DNA of 64,000 nt from Camelus dromedarius (lineage: Eukaryota), in the NCBI RefSeq assembly GCF_036321535.1, contig NC_087436.1, forward strand, positions 114,454,001 to 114,518,000. The letters run 5' to 3'. Below the pieces are notes generated by a model that was not told the DNA's origin, ran no database searches, and worked only from the letters and a program-made list of their open reading frames with translations. Made by a program: the position numbers and the translations under genes. This document shows positions 48,330 to 60,440 of this stretch, in pieces (position 1 is the stretch's first letter; each line of letters starts with the position of its first letter).

Positions 48330-49600
48330 TCCTGCCTGCAGCGCCCCTGCTGGTCGACTCGGGGACACAGTGGAGAGAGGGGGCAGGCCTCGGGGCCACA
48401 GGCTGCTGCCTTCAACCAGGGGAAGGACGTGCATGTGCTCCAGGTTCCTAGGTGCAAGCTTTTTCTTGTTATGTTCTAAACAGCTTTATAAACTATTGTT
48501 CATAGAAGGTATTATGTACATTTATTTCAGATAAAAGAAAATAAGTTTACTTTGTATCTGAACTCTAAACAAAGTAGTTGTATATTTTAACATTCGAGAT
48601 TGGGATTTCCCGATGTGACACGTCACTAACGCAAACCCTTCCAGCCCACCAGACACCAGGCTGTCTCCCGGTAACCCATGTACAGTATATAAACATGTAT
48701 AAATAGGTTGTATTTTACTCTGTGTATGATGCTAATCAATGAACACTTTATTTATTTTACAGAGAAAACTTATCTGTGGACTTTACTATATATCTGTTTA
48801 TTTTATTTTATTATTTTTTTTAATTAAAATAAAAAGGGTTTTAAATGCTATGCAGTCATCAGTAGAGATGTTTTAGGACGCCGCCTGCCCTGTAACTATC
48901 TGAATCCGACCTGGCAGGAAATAGGCTCTTCTCGCATGTATCCAAGTAAAGTAGTTTAGCTCAAGAAAGGACCTCCATTGCTTTTCTGCTCACAGTTGTG
49001 ACTCTGTTTTTTAAGAATGTCACTTGTTTTTAGATTATACTCGCATCTGTGACTTCACTACCAGCCCCACCGGCACAGGAGGTTCTGGGTCAAGTGAAGT
49101 TACATCCGTCACCGCAGCAGAAACGCCTCTGTGGGTGTTCGTTCCTCTCCTCTGTACTGTTCCGAGGCTTCCACCCATATGTTCCATAGTGTCTTTTCAA
49201 TGATGAGAAATGCATTGAAGATTAGGTCACTCCTGTCGATCGAGCTTCAGGATTTTATGTTGTTTTATACACAATGATTTCAAGATAGAAACTGGCTTTA
49301 TTGCCAGGTTCTTTTTAAAACATGTTTTAACTCCCATATGAACAAACTGTCCAACTTAAGTTTTTCATAAGATTAAACTTTTCTTAAGATCAAATTTGTC
49401 TCTAGCAATGATGTGATGAGTTGCCAAATAATTGAGATTATTTTAAAATGTTTTGTTCATATTCTTGTTTTATAATTAAAATTTACATTCAGTGTGTGTG
49501 AAATTTTTTTTTTGGACTCTTAATGTAAGGTGGATATTTCTGTCATTTTACATTGTTTCTTACTGAGATTTTATATATAAATTATAAAATGTTTCCCAAA
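48330..49600 (+). other. BOD1L1: BOD1L1 3' UTR (AU-rich); candidate poly(A) signals AATAAA 48828-48833 and ATTAAA 49475-49480; 3' end approximate
   Basis: Follows the stop codon; AU-rich with no recognisable interspersed repeats; hexamers read directly. Confidence 0.6.
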
Positions 49601-50133
49601 AGTTGCGTGGTCAGATTTTTTTTTTCCCTGTTTTAAAATCTCTCCCTGTGAAAACTGTTTTTTCTCTCTAAATAATTGGTCTTAGATATACTGTTCCATT
49701 TTCACATCATATTTGAGTCCATGATGGTCTCTCTCTCGGTAGATCTGGAAGGGGCTTGGGAGAGGAGGAACGTGAGAACTCCTCATTTTCACTTATATGG
49801 TTGAGTTTTACCAAAGCTCAAAAATGTAAAATGATCTGCCTTAAAGTTAATTAAGAGTAAGAAGCCAGACCAGGTACCAGGGCACAAACTCCTTGGCTAA
49901 CCATCTTTGCACTGTGAGCTTGAGATCGGTTCACCAGAAGTGCACACCTGAAAATGTGCTCTCAACGTGAAGCCACCGTTACTCGGTTGAGTTATGCCTG
50001 CTCCAGGCATGGCCTTACAGGGACTAAGTAGTTGGGTTGTGAGGAAATGCTACCTCTTAATAAAGTTGGAAGTAAACATGGGAACTGCATTAAGGAATTT
50101 TCCAGTGGGGAACTCAGCTAAATCATTTAATCT

Positions 50134-50355
50134 CCAGTGGTTCTGAAACCCATGTAGGGAGGAGATGCCACCCCGTGGGGCACTGGTAATACATGGGGGC
50201 AGTTCTTGGTCATCACGATGATTTGGTGCCACTGGTACATACTCGGTAGGAGGGAGGAGGTCCGGAAGCTGAGCATCCTACAATGCACGGGACAGTCCCT
50301 GGCCCCGCAGCAATGTCAAGCCACAAATGCCAGTAGCTTCCCCCTAAGAACCCAC
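50134..50355. mobile_element. MER20-like element, orientation opposite to the copy at 5209
   Basis: cagtggttct...catcctacaatgcacgggacagtcc...aaatgccagtag. Confidence 0.55.
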
Positions 50356-50924
50356 AAAGAAGCACTTGCACGCCATCTCAAACTTGCCACTTCCCTGGTC
50401 CCAGCCTAGTTCCGACTGCCACGCCTCACTGCTCCTTCTCTGTGAACCTGAGCAGTCCCGCATCTGCAGAGCTGACACAAGGCGGGGACAATCCAGCAAG
50501 ACGTCCTGAAGGGGCAGTGTCCCCTGGCTGAAAGTGATGTGGCTAATTCCTCTGCAACTGCAGAGGGGCCTCCCTTCCCTACTGCAGGCCTCGTCCCTGC
50601 CCCGCCCCTCCCCACCACTTAGACTTCTTCAAGACTAGAACCCACCAACTCCAGCTGGCCAAGCCCACTAGTTAGGAATGGCCATCAGGTGAGCTCACTG
50701 TGAGTTAGCCAAGTTGGGAGTGAACCGTCTTCTAACCCCAGGTCCGGGTCCTTCTTGCAGAGCCCACGGGAGAGAGGACTGATCTTCCCACCTCTACAGC
50801 AGGCTTAGCGGCTGCAGGGCTGGGATACAGGGAGGCCTTCCCCAACGCTGCCACAACTGGTGAAATCTAACTGATTTGAGATTGGGACGGAGGAGATGAT
50901 TCCAGCTCCATGTTCTGTTTCGAC

Positions 50925-51152
50925 TTTTATTTTTTCTTTAACTGAAGTATAGTCAGTTTACAATGTTGTGTTAGTTTCTGGTGTATAGCACAGTGATTCA
51001 GTTATACATATACATATTCCTTTTCATATTCTTTTTCATTATAGGCTATTACAAGGTATTGAATATAGTTCCCTGTGCTATACAGTAGGACCTTGCTGTT
51101 TATCTGTTTTATATATGGTAGTTTGTATCTGCAAATCCCAAACTCCCAATTT
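50925..51152 (-). mobile_element. L1 3'-end fragment
   Basis: gaagtatagtcagtttacaatgttgtgttagtttctggtgtatagc...ttccctgtgctatacagtagga. Confidence 0.8.
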
Positions 51153-51233
51153 TTGGGAATTGTTAATCAAGACTCGTCATGCTTTTTCTGAATGAGTCTT
51201 TTTCACTGAGCTATACCCTCCCCCTCCATTAGC

Positions 51234-51382
51234 TTTTTTTCTTTTTTTTTCTTTTTTTTTTTTTTTTTGATGGGGGGCTAATTAGGTTTATTTATTTATT
51301 TTTTTGATGGAGGTACTGGAGATAGAACACAGGACCTCTTGCATGATAAGCAGGCCCTCTACCAGTAAACTCTACCCTCCCC
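51234..51382 (-). mobile_element. tRNA-derived SINE resembling the camelid Vic-type family, TSD ctccattagctttt
   Basis: Reverse strand reads ggggagggtagagtttactggtagag...aggtcctgtgttctatctccagtacctcc...aataaacctaatta + A-tail; TSD at 51224-51237 and 51384-51397. Confidence 0.8.
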
Positions 51383-51816
51383 TCTCCATTAGCTTTTAAT
51401 AAATGTGCTCCCTGTCACCATTGGCAGAATCTGCCCCATGCTGTTTTTTTTTTTCAAATGTCATCTTCTCAAAATAAGTTTATCATGAAAACTCAAAAGT
51501 TGTTATTCTACATGGAAACCAATTTGTCAGTCTTCCGTAAGTCTCACTTGAAAGCGTCAAACTAACATTTTTTTCATCCCGAAAGATGTATTCAACAAGA
51601 ATTTGCCTTTTCCTATTGGGGCTTGTGTGTCCCTATTTACCCTCAAACAGTGTTGTTCATTTCATCCCTGTCATTTGGGGTCTGCTGGTCCTTCAAAAAG
51701 ATTATTTCCCCAGTAAACATTCTTGGAGTATCAAAGAATATATTATTGGTCATTTCAGAGTCTTAAAATGTAAATCTAATTTTTAAGTGAAATCTATGTC
51801 TCAATAAATGTGTCCA

Positions 51817-52091
51817 ATAGAAAACAAACTATGGTTACCAAAGGGGAAAGGAAGAGAGGGATAAATTGGAAGTCTAGGATTCACAGACACACACTACTAT
51901 ATACAATATAGATAAACAACAAGTACCTCCTGTATAGCACAGGGAACTATATTCAATATCTTGTAATAACCTATAAGGGAAAAGAATATATATGTGTGTT
52001 TGTGTGTGTATAACTGAATCACTTTGCTGTACACCTGAAAACATTGTAAATCAACTACACTTCATTTAAAAACAAAACTAAGAAAAACTTA
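51817..52091 (+). mobile_element. Truncated L1 3' end with 14-bp TSD (aata[a/g]atgtgtcca)
   Basis: gtatagcacagggaactatattcaatatcttgtaataacc...gctgtacacctgaaa; TSD at 51803-51816 and 52092-52105. Confidence 0.85.
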
Positions 52092-52970
52092 AATAGATGT
52101 GTCCACTCTCCACCCCCGCTCCCTGGACCCCTCCTTACTTCCGACCTGAATATGGATTGATTCTAGAGAGATGTCTTTTGCTACTTCACTAAGAGCCCTT
52201 TTTGAATGCACAGGAAGCACGGGTCTCCAGCCCCGGTCCACCTGCCTTTGTGTCGAGATTGTGTCTCAAACTTCTTCCTTTGACAGTTGCCAGGACAGCT
52301 CAGTCCCATCTGTTCCCTTGACATTCCATTAAGCCCGTGTGCTACCATGATATCCTGTCCTCCCCTTCCTGCTTCTAGCCACACTTACTCAGACGGAGTG
52401 ACAGCGTTTGCTGTGATTCCGTGACATAAATCTCCCCAGTAAGCTCTCTCCCCCTATCCCAACCCCCTTCCTCTGAAAGCACAGTCTTCTGGCCCTTTCC
52501 CTTTGCAAAGCCCGTCCAAAATATCCCATGATGGAAATAAACATCTCCAAGTTAGGCCTCAGAAGATGATTTAACAACAACAAAAGAAACTGAAATATGT
52601 TATTTGTGCTAAAAGGCGAGGGAACAGCTATGTAAGGGATCAGGCTGTCTTCTCGGGGGTCCTGATGCAGCGGCCGCGCTCTGCGTGACCTTGAAGAAAT
52701 CACCTGGCCTCTCCACGTCTCAGAGTCCTCATCTGTAAATAGGAACTCTGATACCTGTCCCTCTGATCGCAGGTTGTGTGAGGACAAAGTGAGGCCACTC
52801 ATTCAATAAACATCTGCTAAGATTCCAGCACGTGCTAGGCCCACTCTAGGCATCGGGGACGCCAGGGTGAGTGCTTACGAGGTATCCACACGGCTGCCCT
52901 CCCTCAGAGTGGCTCGTCCTTGTGGCTGACAAGCATCCTATACTGTGCATGTACCACACTTGACTTACCT

Positions 52971-53797
52971 ATTTTTTTCATTGACATATAGTTGATTTAT
53001 AGTGTTGTGTTAGTTTCTGGTGTAAAACAAAGTGATTCAGTTATACAGATATATGCTCTTTTTCAAATTCTTTACCATTATAGGTTATTAGAAGATATTA
53101 TAGTTCCCTGTATCTGGAAAGGAAAAAATATATATATGTATAACAGGACTGCTTTGCTGTACACCTGAAACAAGCATTGTAAATCAACTGCACCTCAATA
53201 AAAAATAAAATTAAAAAATAGTAAAAAAGAAAAAAGGATATATAATGAATGCAAACATAACTACCAAAATAAACAGGTTTTTTAAATGCTTAAATAAATA
53301 AAGTTCCCTGTGCTATACAATAGGTTCTTGTTGTTTATCTAACAGTGATGTGTATCTGTTAATCCCAAACTCCTAGTTTATCCCTCCCTTCCCCCTCTTT
53401 GCCCTTTGGTAACCATAGTTTGTTTTCTGTCTGTGAGTCTGTTTTTGGTTTGTAAATATCATTTGTATCATTTTTTTAGATTCCACATAAGTGGTATCAT
53501 ATGATATTTGTCTTTTTCTGTATGACTTACTTCACCTAATATGATAATCTCTAGGTTCATCCATGTGGCTGCAAATGGCATTATTTCATTTTTATGGCTG
53601 AGTAATATTCCATTGTGTATATATATGTGTGTGTGTGTATATCTCACAAGTGCTTTATCCAATCATCTATCTGTAGATGGATATTTAGGTTGCCTTCATG
53701 TCTTGGCTACTGTAAATAGTACTGCTATGAACATTGGTGTGCAAGTATCTTTTTGAATTAGTGTTTTCCGTGGATATATGTCCAGGAATGAAATTGA
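52971..53797 (-). mobile_element. L1 3' fragment interrupted by a nested + strand L1 insertion (53112-53301)
   Basis: L1 3' UTR and ORF2-end motifs on the minus strand; the atagttccctgtgctatac motif is split by an insert flanked by TSD agttccctgt. Confidence 0.82.
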
Positions 53798-55669
53798 GAC
53801 TTATCTTACTCTTCATGAGCATTTGGGTAGTTTCCGGGTTTTTGGAAACTGGAAACTGAGGCTATGAGCATTCTGGCGTACGTCTTTAGGGAAACTTGCC
53901 TACACATTTCTTTTGAGTTAGTTCTCTTCTAGTCTTTCTAACATGTCAGAGAGGAGGTCTGGTTGGTGCTAGTGAGCTGTAACAATTCTGCAGCTCTTGT
54001 CAATGTGTCCTTATAACAGAGAGCCAGTCCCAGGCCCAGAGCCTTCAGCATCCTAGTATACACAGCTAGTTTACTAATACTGTTTTCTCAGCATTCTATA
54101 TGCATTTTTTTTAAAGATTACATTTGGTAAGAGGTTATTGATGCTCCATATGTATATTTATATCCAAACATATATATATTATCTATATGTTATTTATATG
54201 AAGGTTCTTTTAAAAGTGAGGTGTTTTTCCAAGTTTAAAATGTAGTCATTTAAATAAAGGTATTAAGTAAATAGAGACTACAGATGGAAACACACAGAGG
54301 GCAAAAACATGAAAAGGGGGTATGAAAGGGCTGTAATTTAGGAAACTCTACTCTAAAAAGCCACTCTTTTGAATGGCACTTCTTTGTTTATCATCACTGG
54401 GTGGCAACTTGCCCGGATGAGTCAGTTTAATTAAAGACAAGCTGCTCAGGTCTGTGCGGTGGGGGGAGGGGGAGCACTGACAAATCATTCTAAGGTAGTG
54501 AGTTTCCTTGTTTCCAGCAGGAAAAGGTCACAACACGTAGGGGTGGGAGACTCCAGAAGGATTTAAGACTAAAGGAATATAATATGTGAGCTGAGCCTGG
54601 CGGGTAGAGAACAGTAGCTTTTTAAAATAGCACTTTTTCCTGTTTCCATGTTCTTTCCCAGACCTGGTGGGTCAGTGGGATCTCCACAGTGAGGCATGGG
54701 CCAGACGGCACACAGGTGGGAGGAACAGGGGTGAAGGTTCGGAGGGGTTTCAGAGGGACATCAGCGAGTCACTTGGTGTGTTAGGAGCTGGGGAAGTGAG
54801 GCAGCACCTCCAGGAATCAGTGCTTCCAGCCCCCGCTATCACCCTGGAGCTTGGGGTCACGGATACCAGAGGACCTCTGAAACTTGACTTGGTACCCAAA
54901 TCTGTGACCACTCCTCTTTCCAACTCATATCCCTAATACTCAGACTCCAGCAAGTGTTCACTCTTTCAGGACTTCTAATTCATTGATCCTAAATCTACCA
55001 CTTTCCTTGTGTCATTATTTTTGCCCTGACCCAGCTTAGGTTCCATGGTTCCCCGATTGTAAACCCTCCTTTGCAAACAGCCTTAAATCCCAGGCTGCTC
55101 TTGTTAGTGGCCCAGCAATGTCCCAACCCTGAGTTGCCCAACTGTCCACCCACCCTGTGCTGGAGAAAAGCACACACCTGTGATAAATGGTCACACTTTT
55201 AGGTCATGGATGTGAATCTCAAATACACCCTCAATCCTGCTCAGCTGTTCTACCTTATGACCCTGAATTCTTCCCTTCCCATTGTCTTAAATGGCTTTTC
55301 TCACCTTCTCCCTACCCCTCTAGTCCTCCCTGCCCCACTCTCTGTGCTCAGCTTGCCTCACACTTGTCGAGAGAATTAAATACAGTAATAAATGTTAACC
55401 ATCTGAACAGGCCCTGCATCTCAGTATGTGTTCAGTAAATGCCAACCGTGGTTATCATCACTTCCTTGTCAGTCACTGTGATAACCCCTGTGATAGCCTA
55501 TAAGCATTTGTATCATTATCTTTACCAAAAACCAACCCCTTTCACTTCTCAAGGGCTTTACCGTTTTCTCCTCTCTCCTGCATTATCAGTTGTCTTCTCC
55601 ATTGGATGATTTAAACCAACATAGAAACATATTCTAGTATCCTCTCTCTAAAGATGAATCTTTTGCAGT

Positions 55670-57235
55670 AAATGTGATTATCAGGGGGTGAGAGGGGGAA
55701 CAGGACAGAAGTTTAAGAGGGACAAGACAGATGCAATGAATAGTAAACGAGCACTAGAGATCTCATGCACCATATAGGGAACAGAGACGACAATATTGTA
55801 TTATAATCACCAGACTTGCTAGGAGATTAGATCTTAGTTATTCCAACCACTGAAAAGAAGTGATAGATACGTGACATGCTAGAAGTGCTAAGGGCAATCC
55901 TATAGCAAGATGCAAATGTACCAACTCAACATGTTGTACACTTCAAATTTATACAGTTATTTACCGTATAGCACAGGAAATTATATTTGGTATCTTGTAA
56001 TAACCCATGGAAGAGAATCTGAAGCTGTACACCTGCAAGTAACAAATATTGTAAATAAACTGTAGTTAAATAGAAAAATTATGCAATATTATGTGTCAAA
56101 TATATATATCAATAAAAATGATTTAAAATAAAAGTAAACCTCGACAACCCACTGAATGGGAGAAAATATTTACAAATTATATGGTGGACAAAGGGGTTAA
56201 TATTCAAAATATATAAACAACTCATACAGCTCAATATCAAAAAAAACAAATGACCCAATTAAAAATTGGGCAAAAAGAACTGAACAGACATTTTTCTAGA
56301 GAAGACATGCAAGTGGCCAACAGGCATGTGAAAAAATGTTCAGCATCATCAGAGAAATGCAAATGAGAACAACAATGAGCTATCACCTCACACCTGTCAG
56401 AAGGGCCATCATCGAAAAGACAACAAATAACAAGTGCTGGCGAGGATGTGTGGAAAAGGAAACCCTCACACATTGTTGGTGGGAAGGTAAACTGGTGCAG
56501 CCACTATGGAAGACAGTATGGAAGTTCCTCATATAATTAAAAATAGAACTACTATATGATCCGGCAATTCCACTCCTGGGTATATATTCAAAGAAAATGA
56601 AAACACTAATTTGAAAAGTTACATGCACCCCAATGTTCATAGCAGCATTATTTACAATAGTCAAGATACAGAAGCAACCCAAGTGTCCATCAACAGATGA
56701 ATGGATACAGGAGATGTGATATATATATGTGTGTGTGTGTGTGTATACACACACACACACACACATATACACAAAGTGGAATACTGCTCAGTCATAAAAA
56801 AGAATGAAATTTTGCCATTTGCAACAACAAAGATGGACTTGGAGGGCATTGTGCTTAGTGAAATAAGTCAGACTGAGAAAGACAAATACTGTACATTATA
56901 ACTTACATGTGGAATCTGAAAAATAAAACAAACAAATGAATATAACAATATCAGACCAACAGAGAACAAACTAGTGGTCACCAATGGAGAGAGGGTGGGG
57001 GGAGGAGGGAGACAGAGGTAGGGGATTAATAGGTACAAACTGCTACGTATAAAATAAGTTAGCAACAAGGATGTATCATACAGCACAGGGAATAGGACCA
57101 ATATTTTATAATAACTTTAAATGGAGTATAATGTATACAAATATCAAATCACTATGTTGTACACCTGCAACTAATACAACAACTATACTTTAATAAAAAC
57201 CTAAATAAAAAATAAAATTTAAATTTGAAAAATAG
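55670..57235 (+). mobile_element. L1 cluster: older 3' fragments (about 55670-56130), then a degenerate ORF2 C-terminus + 3' UTR (about 56143-57235)
   Basis: Translated remnants [22 protein letters not shown]...[30 protein letters not shown] and EILPFATTKMDLEGIVLSEISQTEKDKY are L1 ORF2 C-terminal motifs. Confidence 0.88.
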
Positions 57236-58744
57236 CCCCAAATCACCCTCTGTCACACTGCTCTGCTCTAATTTTCTTCAGAGCACTCACACCTGACGCT
57301 TTGCCCACTGCTTTACGTAGGCATTTGTTTCTTGGTGGCACTTCTCTACTAGAATAGTGCCTTACCGGGCCGGGAGCCCCAGAGCCTCGAACAGTACCTG
57401 AGATACAGTAAGCACTCAGGAAGTTCTTGTTCAATACAGATGAACAACAGGAAGAGACTACCGTAGGGAAATTGGTTGGGAAATTTTGCAAGGGGAATCT
57501 GGCATAACATCATGAGGGACCCCCGGGATAGTTACTTAGAGACAGAAATACAATAAATTCAGAAGACCTTCTTAGTACTTCACAAGCAAACTCAGTACAA
57601 GGAACAGCAGATAGCATCTTCCCCTTTGTCCACGCAAACCTGCTTTTCCTCCTTCACGCCACCCCATCCCCAAGAGCACCATCATTCATTCACCTACTGT
57701 CTAACTGACAACCCAAATGGAAAAAACAAGACATGAGAGACAAGACAGGCTTGTTTGCAATGCCTGAGCTTGCCAACGTTTAGGGTGAGATACTCCGATT
57801 AGTCTCATGAAGAAGTCAATTTCTGAAAACACTGAAGGGCCTGTCTACGGCTCCAGTAAATCACGCAGACTGCCTGGACCCTAAACAGCCATTCGGCGGG
57901 TGCCTGGATCCAGTTCGCGCCCGGGACAGCCCGCGGAGCCAGCAGAGAGGAATCCAGCAGGTGTCAGGCCAGTAGGGTTCTGGGATCCCCCTGCAACCGC
58001 CCAATCTTCTCTCCCTGCCCTAGAGTGAGGGGCATCTTCACTGGGGATCCAGACTGTGTCTGGGTGAGCTTTTTAACATGGAAAACCTTCGATACTATAC
58101 CCCTGAGAACATGAGATTGTGGAAACAAAGCTTGGAGGGAAATACTCCGTTTCATAAACCAACGTCCTCTTTTTGGCTCTACTTACCACACTACTTCTCT
58201 ACATCGGTACCTACACATCCCGCAGGGGTGCCCGCTAGGTGGCGCTCGTCCTCCACTGTATCCAGGCCGGTTCGGGAGTCTGAACATTTCTTTTTAAACC
58301 TGAGAGATGATTGCCAACGCTGGCTTTTTACAGGTACGAAAACTAAGCTCCAAAGGGAAAACGTCTTCCGTGGGGATGTATGGCAGCATCTCAGAGCCTC
58401 GAGCATACCCCAGGTCCCCATACTTCGGAACTCAACGAGCTTCCAACACCTGCCTGTCTCCCTCTACACACGGTTTAGTTTATCGATTATCGTAATAATG
58501 GTGTGTTTCTTTCTACATAACAAGGTTTAGGGTCAGATCCTCAGGCCTTAGCATTCTTTTATTTTCAAAAGTACGAAACAGAAAAAATCGTTAGATTTGC
58601 CTGCCTGAATCTTTGATTTCCTTAAGTTTTAAGTTCCTTTTCTGATGAATGCATCACATAGAAATAAGTAAGGAAAACGATGAGAAACATTTAATTAGAA
58701 TAAATGTGCAGGTTTATGAGGAAAAAAGTTTAGGGTAGAAAATC

Positions 58745-58950
58745 CAACTGGGTGGCATGAGACGAAGTCAGATTTGAATCCTGATTTAGCTGCTTACTAA
58801 TGCTGAAGTCATTTAAATTCCATGGGTCTCAGTTTCTTCATCTGTAAAATGGGAATAATAATGTTTTCTACTCACTCCACCCTCAGAGTGATTAAATAAA
58901 ACAGTAAGCTGTAGCTCCTGGCACATTGCTGGTGCACAACATTTATTTAA
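58745..58950. mobile_element. MIR SINE
   Basis: Core tctcagtttcttcatctgtaaaatgggaataataat. Similar MIR cores near 41020-41200 and 52690-52800. Confidence 0.7.
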
Positions 58951-59149
58951 ATATAAAACTACCTTGGCCCATAATAATGGTCTGATACACCTGGACCATG
59001 TGCGTGAAAAATTCTGGTGGGGTCTGGAAACAGATGACTCAGAAACCCAAGTGTCAGTGTCTGCTGGTGGGAAAGTGGCGGATAGCTTGACGCTCGAGAT
59101 GCTTCGGATGCTTAAGAGTGCCCACGAGAGCTTGCGCATGGGGAGAGAT

Positions 59150-60120
59150 GTTAAGTCCTAGGCGCGGCCTGCCTAGATCTGGCTCCCGCGAGGCGAGCTG
59201 GCACCGCGTCCCCTCTCCGCCTGCCAGCTCGCGCAGTTCAGCAACGGCCTCAGAGGGCACCGGGTACAAACCTTCGTTTTTAAGGACTGGAAACCGTGGT
59301 CCAGAGACAGCAGGTGACTCCGGTCAAGGCCGTCGGCGTCTGAGAAACCCGCGTGGCCTCCCATTGCAAAGCAGCCTGTGGCGGTCGCTCTCAGGCTGCT
59401 CTGGGCACAGGAGGCGTTCTCCTCCCCGAGCCCAGGGCGCAGGTGGAGGGCGGCAGGCGCCCGGCGTGCGGGACCCCACCGGAAAATCCCAGCGGACTCG
59501 GGACCGGAGGGCGCGGGAGTGTGCGCAGCAGCTTGCGGCGCGCGCCCCATCCGGCCCCCTCGGCTCTCCCACCCCAATTCTGCGCTCCGCCGAGGCCCGC
59601 GGAAGCCTCACCTCCCGGCAGCCTTGCGGCTCTAGGTTGTCCCGGGGGCTGGAGGGCGCGGCACGTAGGGGGCGCGCAGGAACCAGACTGCAAAGGAGGA
59701 AGAGGAGGTGGAGGATGGAAGACGGAAAGGGAGGGGAGAAGACTGGGAAATAGCTGGGCGCGGGGTCGGGGAAGAAGGCACCAACGCGGAGCGTGCCTCC
59801 TCGAAGACTGGCCGGCAGCGGGGGCTCCCCGGCTCCGCAGATTCTCGGGGCGGGACCAGGCCGGAGCACCGCGGCGACCGAACCTCAGACGCTTGCGGCA
59901 GCCGCGGGTTCCCGGAGCTCGCGGTTATGTCCGGAGCAAATCGCCCTCGATGGGCTGGAAACCCGGCCCCGGCGCGCCCCCGTGGACGCGCCCCTGTTCC
60001 CACCTATCTGCAGCCCTGCGATATGCGGTGACCTGCTGAGTCCTCGCTACACACCCCCACTCGCCAGCCTCGACTCTGCAGGTACCCGAGGAAATCTCGG
60101 TGCATCAGACCACCTCCGCT
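59150..60120. promoter_or_regulatory. Orphan CpG island 3-4 kb upstream of NKX3-2
   Basis: Dense CpG and GC, no credible ORF. Confidence 0.7.
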
Positions 60121-60354
60121 CTCTGGCCCCAAAGCCTTTTCATTACCACTCAATCCTTTATTAGGTGCAGCTTCTAGTGGTGATTCCAGACCGGTGTGTT
60201 TACTCTCCTCCAACACCCTACTCCCGGCCCTGCCTGCAGTCATTCCCCAGACCTAGAGGTTGACTAACCGCTGCAGTTGCCCGAGATGACACGAGCCTCC
60301 CTCGCTGTGCGCCTCCTGAAGACTCGGAAAGCGGCCACTTTCTTACACTCTCGG

Positions 60355-60440
60355 CGCGCGCGCACACAAACACACACACACACACACACACATACACACA
60401 CACACACTCACTCACTCACTCACTCACTCACTCACTCACT
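60355..60440. repeat. Compound (CG)n(CA)n(CTCA)n microsatellite
   Basis: Read directly. Confidence 0.9.

Noticed and set aside
51330..51382. tRNA-like sequence
   Set aside because: It is the degenerate head of a SINE with A-tail and TSD, not a tRNA gene.
59118..60164. ORFs of 100-228 aa on both strands
   Set aside because: Arg/Pro/Gly-rich CpG-island artefacts with no recognisable domain.
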